Positions 26,944 to 36,037 of a stretch of 64,000 nucleotides of DNA are shown in pieces (the stretch's first letter is position 1; the number at the start of each line of letters is the position of its first letter). Both the position numbers and the translations under genes were made by a program. Source of the stretch: a virus; IMG/VR virus record IMGVR_UViG_3300019458_000024, positions 82,209 to 146,208 of that record; one strand, written 5' to 3'. The notes under the pieces are model-generated. The model was given only the letters and a program-made list of their open reading frames with translations. It was not told the origin of the DNA and did no database searches.

Positions 26944-27210
26944 GTGATAACAAGAAAATCAGCCCCGAAGACGGTAGCAAACAATCTTATTACAGAACAT
27001 GGACGGGACGGCTTTCAGCGCCTTATTGACATGTTCAGAAACAACGAAAGTGGAACCAAAATTGGACAGCTCTTTGGCGTGTCTAGACAGCGTGTTTCCC
27101 AATGGAAAGCTGCACTTGGTAAAGAGTTAGTAACTTTTGAAATTCATCCTGATATCCAAGATCTTGTAGATCAGGCAGATCCAAAAGGTCTGAACAGAAC
27201 TCTTATCTAG
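26944..27210 (+). CDS. small HTH DNA-binding protein
   Basis: SGTKIGQLFGVSRQRVSQWK helix-turn-helix. Confidence 0.8.
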   Translation: MITRKSAPKTVANNLITEHGRDGFQRLIDMFRNNESGTKIGQLFGVSRQRVSQWKAALGKELVTFEIHPDIQDLVDQADPKGLNRTLI

Positions 27211-27257
27211 AGCAATTTTTGTGTTCATGGTAAGATTCGGAGTAATATAGGACAGTT

Positions 27258-27455
27258 ATGAGTGAGTGTCCTCATTGCCATGATTTTCTTCCAACTGTAG
27301 GAACTACTATGGTTTTGTGTAGTTGCGCGGAGAGCCGTAAACTTGAAGCCGAACAAAGACAACAGCGCAAAATGTGGCGCGCAATGCGCACGGTAGCTAT
27401 GGAAAAACAATTTGAAATTAGACGCATGTCGCGTCGTACTAAAACTAAGGACTAG
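27258..27455 (+). CDS. small zinc-ribbon protein
   Basis: CPHC...CSC. Confidence 0.65.
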   Translation: MSECPHCHDFLPTVGTTMVLCSCAESRKLEAEQRQQRKMWRAMRTVAMEKQFEIRRMSRRTKTKD

Positions 27456-27469
27456 GAGAATAAGACATC

Positions 27470-28186
27470 GTGTACAATCCCGTTAGATTCAATCAACCGT
27501 ATAGAAACAACAACAAGCGACGAGCGCGCCAGCTTGATCCTAAAGCAGGTATCAAACACAGTGATATCATGCGCCGTCAAGGGCTAGGACAAACCATCCC
27601 TTTGATGGGTAGAATTTCAACACCATATGGGGTGTCTGCTGAAATTTTTGCTGGAGAAGATTTTACTGTTCGTTCTGAGTTTATCAATTCAGGTAATAAC
27701 TTGGGGTATGGCGTAAACAAGAAAGCAGAACGCGTTTACCAAGTAGCTAAAGGCGTACTTTATGTTACTTACGATAATAATGGAGCTAGAAATATAATTC
27801 AAATTCAAGAAGGTGGCACTTTTAGGGCTCCTAAAGGATTGGCCCATAGTGTTTCTTCTTCCAATTCTGACGTTGAACTTATCGTCATTGAAAGTTCAGG
27901 CTATATGAAAGATTGGAAGGTGTTGATGGATGAGGAAGTGGTCACTTCTACCGTACCTAGCTTGTTGGCAACTACGCCTGACGTTCCAGCGACTCCGAGG
28001 AGAAAAGATCAATCCAAGGCTAAAGCAGCTGCTGAACAGCAAGCGCGCAAGAGGGCACGAAGTACTTCTCCAAACGTTGCCGCATCTGGTAAAATTGGAG
28101 TAAATAAAATTAGGTCTTCTAATTCGGCAAACGTAGTTGGTGTTAATCCACGGCCGGGCGGTCCAGGAGCTTATAGCGACGAATGA
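27470..28186 (+). CDS. cupin-fold-like protein with basic disordered tail
   Basis: VAKGVLYV...GGTFRAPKGLAHSV...VELIVIE. Confidence 0.6.
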   Translation: MYNPVRFNQPYRNNNKRRARQLDPKAGIKHSDIMRRQGLGQTIPLMGRISTPYGVSAEIFAGEDFTVRSEFINSGNNLGYGVNKKAERVYQVAKGVLYVTYDNNGARNIIQIQEGGTFRAPKGLAHSVSSSNSDVELIVIESSGYMKDWKVLMDEEVVTSTVPSLLATTPDVPATPRRKDQSKAKAAAEQQARKRARSTSPNVAASGKIGVNKIRSSNSANVVGVNPRPGGPGAYSDE

Positions 28187-28587
28187 GTATCATAAAGCCA
28201 GCGTCTTTTATTAACCAGTGTGATTTGATTCGCTCTAATTCTAGTTTTGCTGACGAAAAGGCAAAACAAATGATGGGAGCGGCAAACCCGCTTATTGGTT
28301 CCGACATTCGCAAACCTGCTAGTACTTTTTGCAGTGGTTGTGGTCGCTGGCACCGACCTGGAAACATGTGCCCAGCAACTAATAAGTCACAGATTACTGA
28401 AGGTAAAAAAGCGCTACCTGGATCGTTGCATCAAGATAGTTTTTTAAGTTATCAATCAGAACCGCCTACACAAGAAAGTACAGAAGATCAACAGCAAAAT
28501 TTTGTAGATTCAAGCGCGTATATGCAGAATCAACAAGAGAATTATTTGAACGCTTTAAGAGTTTGGCAGGCTAAATTTGGCGCATGA
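28183..28587 (+). CDS. hypothetical virion-region protein
   Basis: ORF track; CSGCGRWH...C. Confidence 0.7.
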   Translation: MSIIKPASFINQCDLIRSNSSFADEKAKQMMGAANPLIGSDIRKPASTFCSGCGRWHRPGNMCPATNKSQITEGKKALPGSLHQDSFLSYQSEPPTQESTEDQQQNFVDSSAYMQNQQENYLNALRVWQAKFGA

Positions 28588-29495
28588 ACGAAGAACTAAA
28601 TAAAGAGATGATGGTGAGTGAGTCTGATCCTCAGTCTTTGGAGGAACATAGTCATCATGAGCCTGATTCTTTTATGTACATCTATCGTTCTATAGACATT
28701 AGTCGCGTGCAAGAAGATGTTGATTTTGTAGATAAATGCGTGCGAGCTGGGGTGATACCTTCTTCATTACGATATGGTGTAATGCAGCGTAATCAAATGG
28801 TAGCGTATCGGGGCATAGTTAAATCTACTACAGATAACTATTACTACTTCAATTGGGCTCCTCAAACTGATTTTAGATTAGTTCCAGCGGATGACGCCAC
28901 TAAACAGTGGGAAGCTCAAAAACTTTTTAAGACTTGTTCTTTTGGTTGTGATATGCGCAAAGCAGAGGCTCCTCTTTCTCCTGGTGAGTCTATTGAAGGT
29001 TGCGAAGAGGAAGAAGTCAGTGAAGACGACGCGGACAAAGCAAACGCACCTAACATTTGGCCGGCCGGTAGCCCTTCTCGCGACGAAGACAAAGATATAA
29101 GAGAACAAGAATCTGATATTACAGATGCGCACCCTGGCGCCACGATAGCGCGCACTCCAGATGACCCCAATATTGGAAGGATATGGCATGAAAAAGCTCT
29201 ATCTAGACCTGGGGATGGGGCCATGCCATTAGCCACTAACGATGGGGAACAGCATTGGAACACTGCGGATTTAATGAAAGCATGGGGAAAAAAGCTTCAA
29301 GAGTCCGCTCCGGTTGTACAGCCGCAAATTACTCCATTGGAGTCTAGGTATTTGCAAGAAGTAATGGGAATGTCTCAAGCTGATGTTAATAAAGGTTTGC
29401 GCATTCCAGCTCGCCACAGAATTTCTTTCGAACAATGGAAATCTGGTCAATTGCGTTCAAACATAGATAACTTAAAATCTTGGCTTAAAAAGTGA
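28584..29495 (+). CDS. head-region hypothetical protein
   Basis: 303-aa ORF directly upstream of portal. Confidence 0.8.
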   Translation: MNEELNKEMMVSESDPQSLEEHSHHEPDSFMYIYRSIDISRVQEDVDFVDKCVRAGVIPSSLRYGVMQRNQMVAYRGIVKSTTDNYYYFNWAPQTDFRLVPADDATKQWEAQKLFKTCSFGCDMRKAEAPLSPGESIEGCEEEEVSEDDADKANAPNIWPAGSPSRDEDKDIREQESDITDAHPGATIARTPDDPNIGRIWHEKALSRPGDGAMPLATNDGEQHWNTADLMKAWGKKLQESAPVVQPQITPLESRYLQEVMGMSQADVNKGLRIPARHRISFEQWKSGQLRSNIDNLKSWLKK

Positions 29496-32494
29496 GTAGG
29501 CGGAAAAAACATAAAACTTCATCTGCCCCGATGGACATGAATCACATTGTTCGTGATGTAACTGCTATGCAACTAGCATCGCAGCATATTCCGGCTCTTG
29601 TTGCACAGGAAGTTAGAAAGGCGTGGAAACAACTTCCTAATGTTGACCCCAAACAAGGTCCAAAAAGTTGGTTTCATGATCCGTTGTCTTTACAGTACTC
29701 TCTAGGATATAAAGACAGGAGATTTAGCCTAACCTATGACACTCTGCGCAGAGTAGCAGGCCAACTTTCAATTATTAGCGCCATTATTAATACCAGAGCC
29801 GCTCAGGTCGCTGCTTTTGCACAACCATATAGGTGGACTAAAAGTTTAGGTTTTACTATTCGTCACAAGGACTCGGACAGACAAACTACTCCAGCTGAAG
29901 TTGAATTTATTAAAGAGTTGGAGCAGTTTATTCTTAATTGTGGGCGTTCAGAGCGTAACCCATTTAGTAGGGTTCCTCGTGATGATTTTGAAATGTTTTT
30001 GAGAAAAATGGTTCGTGACTCACTTACACTAGACCAGTGTTGTGCCGAAATCGTTCCAGATAAAGTTGGTTTGCCTTATGAATTTTATGCACTCGATGCG
30101 TCTACTGTAAGGATAGCGGCAGACGATCGCTATGTAGGAATAAATTCATCTTATCAAAATCGTACTGGATTTGTTCCTGATATGCCGTCACGTTTTCTTG
30201 GCTTGTGGGAAGGCAGAAAATACGGAGAGGAGAATGGAGAAAAACCAATCTCATTCGTCCAAGTAATTAATGGACAGATTGAAAATGTTTACTCGCGAGA
30301 TGAATTGATGTTTGGGGTTAGAAACCCTAGAACTGATATTTGGATTCAAGGTTATGGATACAGTGAGCTTGAACAATTAATTACTATTGTTACCTCTCAT
30401 CTGTACGCAGAGGAATACAACCGCCGATTTTTCTGCATGTGCGCAGAATCATTAGTAAATACAAAAAATGGCATGATACCAATTGTAGATTTGGTAGATA
30501 AAGAATTTGAGGTATGGAATGGCAAAGCATGGCGTCGCGCAACAGCTTTTGAGACAGGTAAGCGCAATGTACGCCGCACCAAACTATGGAACGGGCTTGA
30601 ACTCAGAACCAGTCCAGACCATAAATTTCACGTAATTCCGCGTGATAGTTTAGATGGATCGGTGGAGTGGCGCACGCAAGACGCGCTAAAAACAGACGAC
30701 TATGTACTAGTAAATTATACACGAACCGATTGTCCGCTAAATTTGGAAGCACTGTTAGTGGGGAAGACATATCAGAATACGCAAGGCAAGCCTTGGACAG
30801 TGACAGAAGAAACTGTTAAAGATGTTGAATTTTGGGAAATGATAGGTTTCGCGTTAGGGGACGGTTTGTGGCCTACTTTTTCTGATGGTCGCAGCTCCAT
30901 GATGATTTACCCTCACCACACTAAAGATGCCAAATTATTTGAGAAATTTTTGAAAATATGCGACAGACATGGAATAAATGCTAAGCAAAAGCAAATAAAT
31001 TTACACGTCACTAGAGTTTCTGATGGGGAGACTGGCTACCCATCAATCGCAATATTTCACACTACATTTTCTGAATGGTTGCGTGAGTTAGGCTTTCGAC
31101 CGTCAAATCAATCTAGACAAATCCCCAGATTCCTATTTTCACAACCGGCATGGATGAGGGAAGCGGTGTTAAGAGGGTTGTTTAGTGCTGACGGGCACAG
31201 GCCCGCACATAAATCAGGTTACAATACACCAACCGTATTTTCTGCGTGTCCTAGTTTTCAGGCTGATATTGTGTCTTGTCTGTGGTCAGTTGGTGTGTCT
31301 GCAAATTTAGTCGGAAAGGGATGGAATCGTAATGGCAGTATTGACATACAAGATATAGATAAATTTGTAGAACATATAGGTTATCTACAAGATTATAAGA
31401 ATGAAAATATAAAACGTGCGCCTGAGTCTAAACATAGGTGGGATAAGCTGCACCCCGTCTATTGTGTATCTTTAGCAAGAAAAATAAAAGACTCCCCAAA
31501 TTGGGATCGTCTTTCTCGTAAAGACCGTGATCTAGTTTGTAAGGTGGCTCGCAATCAGTGTCAAATAAGCAGACCCAGGGCTATTTCAATATGTGCAAAT
31601 CTCGGCATTGATGGAGGGGACGCTTTGAAGTATGTTCATGCACCGGTTGATGTGTTGGATCACAAATCTTACGGCACTGAAATGATGTATGATGTTGAAG
31701 TTTTTGATGATGAGCATATTTTTCTTGCTAATCACATGGCTGTACACAATAGCGCAGGCTCTTCTGCAAAGGGTATTTTGAACTTGAAAGGAGATAATTT
31801 TACTCCTGAGATGTTGGAGGGCTTCCGCAGACAGTGGCTAGCTCAAGTCTCCGGAGTAGAAAGTTCCTGGAAAACTCCTGTGCTACAGAGTGAAGGTCTT
31901 GAGTATATTGATCTCAATAAGACCAATCAAGAAATGGAGTTCGGTAAGTGGATGGAGTATCTACTTAAAGTAGCGGCTGGTGTCTACTTAATTGACCCTC
32001 AAGAAATCGGTTTTAATATGCAGGGCTCGACTCAGCATTCGCCAATGTTTGAATCTAGCCAAGAATGGAAGATTAAAGCTAGCAGAGATAGAGGTCTAAA
32101 ACCTCTTTTGCGTTTTTTGGCTAAAATGATCAATACCAATATTATTGATAAAATTGATGATCATTTTACTCTTGAGTTTGTCGGTCTTGACGAATTGTCT
32201 GAGAATGAAAAGCATGAAATGCTCGTTGAGCAAATCAGTTCTTATATGACTCTTAATGAAGGTCGCAGGACGCTTGGATTAAATGATCTGCCTGGTGGTG
32301 ATATTCCAATGAACCCAGTATACCAGCAGGCACTGCAGCTACAAGCTCAGCAAGGAATGGGTCAAGTCTCTGGAGCGGCACCTCCTGAGCAGACTTCAAA
32401 TTTACCACCTGGTCCTGGTGGAGAAAGTGGAGTCAAACCTTCAAGCCCTCGTTACAGTGGTTTATTTGGCCATGATGATTCTGGAGAAAACTAA
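29492..32494 (+). CDS. portal protein, intein-containing
   Basis: RDSLTLD, FYALDASTVR, RNPRTD...GYGYSELE, YNRRFF|SAGS..KGILN, IDPQEIG, GLKPLL. Confidence 0.9.
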   Translation: MSRRKKHKTSSAPMDMNHIVRDVTAMQLASQHIPALVAQEVRKAWKQLPNVDPKQGPKSWFHDPLSLQYSLGYKDRRFSLTYDTLRRVAGQLSIISAIINTRAAQVAAFAQPYRWTKSLGFTIRHKDSDRQTTPAEVEFIKELEQFILNCGRSERNPFSRVPRDDFEMFLRKMVRDSLTLDQCCAEIVPDKVGLPYEFYALDASTVRIAADDRYVGINSSYQNRTGFVPDMPSRFLGLWEGRKYGEENGEKPISFVQVINGQIENVYSRDELMFGVRNPRTDIWIQGYGYSELEQLITIVTSHLYAEEYNRRFFCMCAESLVNTKNGMIPIVDLVDKEFEVWNGKAWRRATAFETGKRNVRRTKLWNGLELRTSPDHKFHVIPRDSLDGSVEWRTQDALKTDDYVLVNYTRTDCPLNLEALLVGKTYQNTQGKPWTVTEETVKDVEFWEMIGFALGDGLWPTFSDGRSSMMIYPHHTKDAKLFEKFLKICDRHGINAKQKQINLHVTRVSDGETGYPSIAIFHTTFSEWLRELGFRPSNQSRQIPRFLFSQPAWMREAVLRGLFSADGHRPAHKSGYNTPTVFSACPSFQADIVSCLWSVGVSANLVGKGWNRNGSIDIQDIDKFVEHIGYLQDYKNENIKRAPESKHRWDKLHPVYCVSLARKIKDSPNWDRLSRKDRDLVCKVARNQCQISRPRAISICANLGIDGGDALKYVHAPVDVLDHKSYGTEMMYDVEVFDDEHIFLANHMAVHNSAGSSAKGILNLKGDNFTPEMLEGFRRQWLAQVSGVESSWKTPVLQSEGLEYIDLNKTNQEMEFGKWMEYLLKVAAGVYLIDPQEIGFNMQGSTQHSPMFESSQEWKIKASRDRGLKPLLRFLAKMINTNIIDKIDDHFTLEFVGLDELSENEKHEMLVEQISSYMTLNEGRRTLGLNDLPGGDIPMNPVYQQALQLQAQQGMGQVSGAAPPEQTSNLPPGPGGESGVKPSSPRYSGLFGHDDSGEN
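30434..31750 (+). mobile_element. intein (439 aa) with LAGLIDADG endonuclease in portal
   Basis: Starts CMCAESLV, SPDH, IGFALGDG and LRGLFSADG, ends AVHN followed by Ser. Confidence 0.93.
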
Positions 32495-32497
32495 CTT

Positions 32498-33448
32498 ATG
32501 TCTTTTTTAGATAAATTGTTGAAAAGTATTGAACCTGATTTTGGCAAACCTCTTCCAAAAAAAGAACCACGAGAAGGGGAGACAAAATTTGAGCACAAAA
32601 TTCGTCAATGGACTGATGAAGTAAAAGAGAGACCAGGTAGGTTTCCTGGCGGACAGAAGCAGGCCATTGCCATTGCTGCCCAACAGTCTGGTGTGTCTAA
32701 GGGGTCTGAAGGCGAAACTGAAAAACATAAAGAGAAGATGAGAGTTTTTATTGATGAAATGGCCGAAGAGTATGCTAAAGCCGGTGTAGGTAGTTCAGGA
32801 ATCCGGCAAGCAGGCGGCACTGGTTTTAGTGTTGGACAAGGTATTGGTGCCGGTTTAGATAGACCAGGGGGTGCAGCTACTGGTGTTGCGAGTGGTGTTA
32901 ATCCAACTGTTAGTGCTATTTCCGGCAGTGGCGGTAACTATAAACCTTCTGGTGGCCGTACAGCGCCTAAAGCAGCTACTGCTCCAAAAGCTCCTACTGC
33001 ACCTGCTGCGCCTACCTCGCCGCCTACATCATATCCCACCGCAGGGATGGAGCTAGGACCGGCCGGTAGAGCTAGAATGTCTGTAAAATCACATGGTTGC
33101 GATAAATGTATGAAAGGTGAATGCCCACACGGTGGGGAGGAAGGGCACGAAGAAATAGAAAAAGCATTGACTTCGCGTGCCTTGTCCATTCCAGCTCATC
33201 TTAGACAGCCTGCTGCCTATGATTTTGATGCTATTAGGCGATCAGCGACTCAACAGACTTCTAGAATGTACACCTCTCTTTCCCCGGGTGCTGCAGAATC
33301 AATTTTGAATGCAGCTGAACAAGAGAACAAAGATCCTAGAGTTAAAGCTGTGAAATCACAGGAAGAATCTTCTAAAAAAGTACAGGAGATGCGAGATAAA
33401 ATCGCAGCTGCTATGGTCCCCCGCACAGGAATTAAGTTCGTTAGGTAA
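32498..33448 (+). CDS. low-complexity Gly/Ala/Pro-rich head-region protein
   Basis: 316-aa ORF after portal. Confidence 0.8.
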   Translation: MSFLDKLLKSIEPDFGKPLPKKEPREGETKFEHKIRQWTDEVKERPGRFPGGQKQAIAIAAQQSGVSKGSEGETEKHKEKMRVFIDEMAEEYAKAGVGSSGIRQAGGTGFSVGQGIGAGLDRPGGAATGVASGVNPTVSAISGSGGNYKPSGGRTAPKAATAPKAPTAPAAPTSPPTSYPTAGMELGPAGRARMSVKSHGCDKCMKGECPHGGEEGHEEIEKALTSRALSIPAHLRQPAAYDFDAIRRSATQQTSRMYTSLSPGAAESILNAAEQENKDPRVKAVKSQEESSKKVQEMRDKIAAAMVPRTGIKFVR

Positions 33449-33460
33449 AGGAGAGATAGG

Positions 33461-33796
33461 ATGAGATTATACATAAATAAGCGTCCGAATCCGACTCTCT
33501 ATTTAGGGACTTCGGGCGCTCCAGCACTGATTTTAAAATCAGACCAAATTGTAGATTTGGAAGAATTGACGCCTGAGGCTATGAAAGCGTTTCGCAGCCA
33601 CTGGCTTAGGAAAGTAATAGAAGTAGAACCCTACTTGTATTTAGAAATAGACAAAGCTAATTCAGTTCGTGATCCTAGTCATGGGCAATATATTTCCGGT
33701 GGCGCCCATAAATCAAAACCAAAAGATATGTCTGAAGTTGTAAATGATCTTATGAGCAAACTTCCCGGAGAAAAGTTGGACAAGAAAGATGAGTAA
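33461..33796 (+). CDS. head-region hypothetical protein
   Basis: AAGGAG SD. Confidence 0.75.
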   Translation: MRLYINKRPNPTLYLGTSGAPALILKSDQIVDLEELTPEAMKAFRSHWLRKVIEVEPYLYLEIDKANSVRDPSHGQYISGGAHKSKPKDMSEVVNDLMSKLPGEKLDKKDE

Positions 33797-34274
33797 AAAC
33801 AATACATTTTCAAGAGTGCCTATTCACGTGCAAGACCCTAGTCTTGCAAAAGCTAATTCTCATAAAAATCCTTCTTATGAGAGTTTCCGGCCTCATCAGG
33901 TACACAACGTAGAATATAAGTACCAGGGTGAAGATCGTCCTAACACTCATATGATGAGCGTTATGCGACGCAATCCGGATGGTTCATTAGACTATGAATG
34001 GGCCAAGAATATGGTTGTGGATGCTATTCACGGAATGTCTTTTCCACACGCACTTCGTCCCATTCATCACGCACTGCTAACTGTGTGTTTTCCTGATAAA
34101 TATCGAGGAATGATGCCACAGGAAGCTGACCTCAAAACCCAGCTTAGCGCTTCTGAAAAGGCTAGAGTTCGTGACATGGTTGAAGAGCATCTTCTTGAAG
34201 AGGAGAATTGGAACGTTGGTGGAGGCGGAGGGTCCGTCGCAGGACGCTCCAAAACTAGAGACGGTACCCCTTAA
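33789..34274 (+). CDS. head-region hypothetical protein
   Basis: ORF track. Confidence 0.75.
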   Translation: MSKNNTFSRVPIHVQDPSLAKANSHKNPSYESFRPHQVHNVEYKYQGEDRPNTHMMSVMRRNPDGSLDYEWAKNMVVDAIHGMSFPHALRPIHHALLTVCFPDKYRGMMPQEADLKTQLSASEKARVRDMVEEHLLEEENWNVGGGGGSVAGRSKTRDGTP

Positions 34275-34447
34275 TGGATTGTTTTGACCCAAACAAGAGA
34301 GCTGAAGAAAAACAAGATTCTCGCAATGAGGATACAGAGGATTTAGTTTCAGGAAAAAAGAGCAGAGAAGAACTTAGACAAGAAAATGGCATTTTTTCAT
34401 TTCCTGATGCGAAAATAGACTGGTCAAGAGTAGGCAGGCTCTCTTAA
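34274..34447 (+). CDS. 57-aa charged small protein (not in ORF track)
   Basis: TAATG coupling; MDCFDPNKRAEEKQDS...VGRLS*. Confidence 0.55.
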   Translation: MDCFDPNKRAEEKQDSRNEDTEDLVSGKKSREELRQENGIFSFPDAKIDWSRVGRLS

Positions 34448-34462
34448 TAGGAGTTATTGATT

Positions 34463-35899
34463 ATGGCAAAAAATACTAATAATTACGGTAGTAGGAAACC
34501 ATTGAATTGGACTAAGAAAGAACTTTCTAATGGTCCTGTTAAGAAAGCTGTGTCTCATACAGAATTGATTGAAAAAGCACATAGACAAGGTACCCCTATC
34601 ACTACCAGAGGTTCTTTTAATGGATACGTGTCTAAATTAGGACCCAATCCTAATATTGCTGAGATCAGACCTGCTCTTTTTTTAGACGTAAACAAAGCGG
34701 CGCCTGCTAGTTCTAGTGGAGAACTTCAAGAACAGCAATCTCTTCCTCAACAAGCTGCTGACACGAGAGAGGAACAGCAAGAAGGTCAAGAACGTAGGCA
34801 AGATTATTTGGTAGGAAGACGTGGTGGTAAGATTATTGGACACTCCCAAACGGGTCGTCCCATTTATGCAAAGAATAAGTCTTTGAAGGATGGTGTTGTA
34901 GATCGTGCTCTGGACAAAGCTTTTATGAACAAAGCACTTGGAGTTCCACAAGTGCCACTTCGTCCAGAACAACAGCAAGGTCAAATGCAGCAGGGCACCC
35001 CCTTGGCGCAACCAAAAATCCCTGGATTTAATCAAATGACCCAGCCAGTGATGGCTATGCAGCAACAGGGACAGCCTATGGGACAGACTCCTCAAGGTCA
35101 ACCAACGTTTAATGATCCTTTCCATCCTGCACATCAGCAGTTTGGTAAAGAAGAACATGATGCTGCGTCTAGTCAACAGCAGGCGCAGGGAAATCAAATG
35201 GCTGCTAATGCCCATTCACAAATGGGTAAAGACGCACAAAGTCCAATGGAAAGAGCTGGTGACCGGTTTGGACAGGCTGGAGGCCAGCCTCCTCAAAAAG
35301 CTCCTGAAATGAAGGGTACGCAACAGCCTTATGGTATCCATCCTGATCAGGGAAAACCACAGGCGCCTCCACAAATTGGTCCTGATAGAAATGGTCCAAA
35401 ACCTGGTATGCATGAAGTTGTCCCAACTGGACAACCAATTGGACAACCAGCAGGGCATATGGCACCCCCCGGTCAGCAGATGCATCAACAGCCTAATTCT
35501 CCTCCTCCTGGTCATATGGGCACGCCCGGTCAGCCAGGACAAACTAGTACTCAAGATTTGTTGAGATTGATTGAGTCTCTTAAACAATTAGTTATGCACG
35601 AGTCAGGAGAACAGCAACAAGGTCAAATGCAACCTCCAATGCCTCATATGCCTCCTGCACCTATGATGCAAAGCGCTCCACAATATCCTGGTCAGGATAA
35701 ACAAGCAGGACCGTCAACCGGTCCAATGTCCAGTGGATCTTCGCCCCCAATGGGCGCCAGCAGTCACCAAGAGCCACTAGGCGCACCCAGACCACAGAAA
35801 CAAACTGGTTCTAGTGCACCTCCTACGAATGCAGGGGATCAAAAGACTCCTATTGAGCCTACTGCTAGAAAGAGTATTTTCAAAAGTCTTGGATGGTAA
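34463..35899 (+). CDS. Gln/Pro/Gly/Met-rich disordered head-region protein
   Basis: AGGAG SD; GRRGGKIIGHSQTGRPIY motif; repeated QQQGQMQ. Confidence 0.8.
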   Translation: MAKNTNNYGSRKPLNWTKKELSNGPVKKAVSHTELIEKAHRQGTPITTRGSFNGYVSKLGPNPNIAEIRPALFLDVNKAAPASSSGELQEQQSLPQQAADTREEQQEGQERRQDYLVGRRGGKIIGHSQTGRPIYAKNKSLKDGVVDRALDKAFMNKALGVPQVPLRPEQQQGQMQQGTPLAQPKIPGFNQMTQPVMAMQQQGQPMGQTPQGQPTFNDPFHPAHQQFGKEEHDAASSQQQAQGNQMAANAHSQMGKDAQSPMERAGDRFGQAGGQPPQKAPEMKGTQQPYGIHPDQGKPQAPPQIGPDRNGPKPGMHEVVPTGQPIGQPAGHMAPPGQQMHQQPNSPPPGHMGTPGQPGQTSTQDLLRLIESLKQLVMHESGEQQQGQMQPPMPHMPPAPMMQSAPQYPGQDKQAGPSTGPMSSGSSPPMGASSHQEPLGAPRPQKQTGSSAPPTNAGDQKTPIEPTARKSIFKSLGW

Positions 35900-35902
35900 T
35901 GT

Positions 35903-36037
35903 ATGGATACCCCAAAAATTCCATATGGGGTAATCCACCCAGATCCTTTTGATTACGACCCAGACGCGTTCAGTGATGAAGAAATTGATGACGGTTTAGA
36001 AGAACCGCCTGAGGAAGTGGTAAATGAACAAAACTGA
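35903..36037 (+). CDS. 44-aa acidic peptide (not in ORF track)
   Basis: MDTPKIPYGVIHPDPFDYDPDAFSDEEIDDGLEEPPEEVVNEQN*; fills the gap. Confidence 0.5.
   Translation: MDTPKIPYGVIHPDPFDYDPDAFSDEEIDDGLEEPPEEVVNEQN

Noticed and set aside
27470-29495. Terminase large subunit expected before the portal
   Set aside because: No Walker A/B or nuclease motifs in these ORFs; terminase must lie elsewhere.
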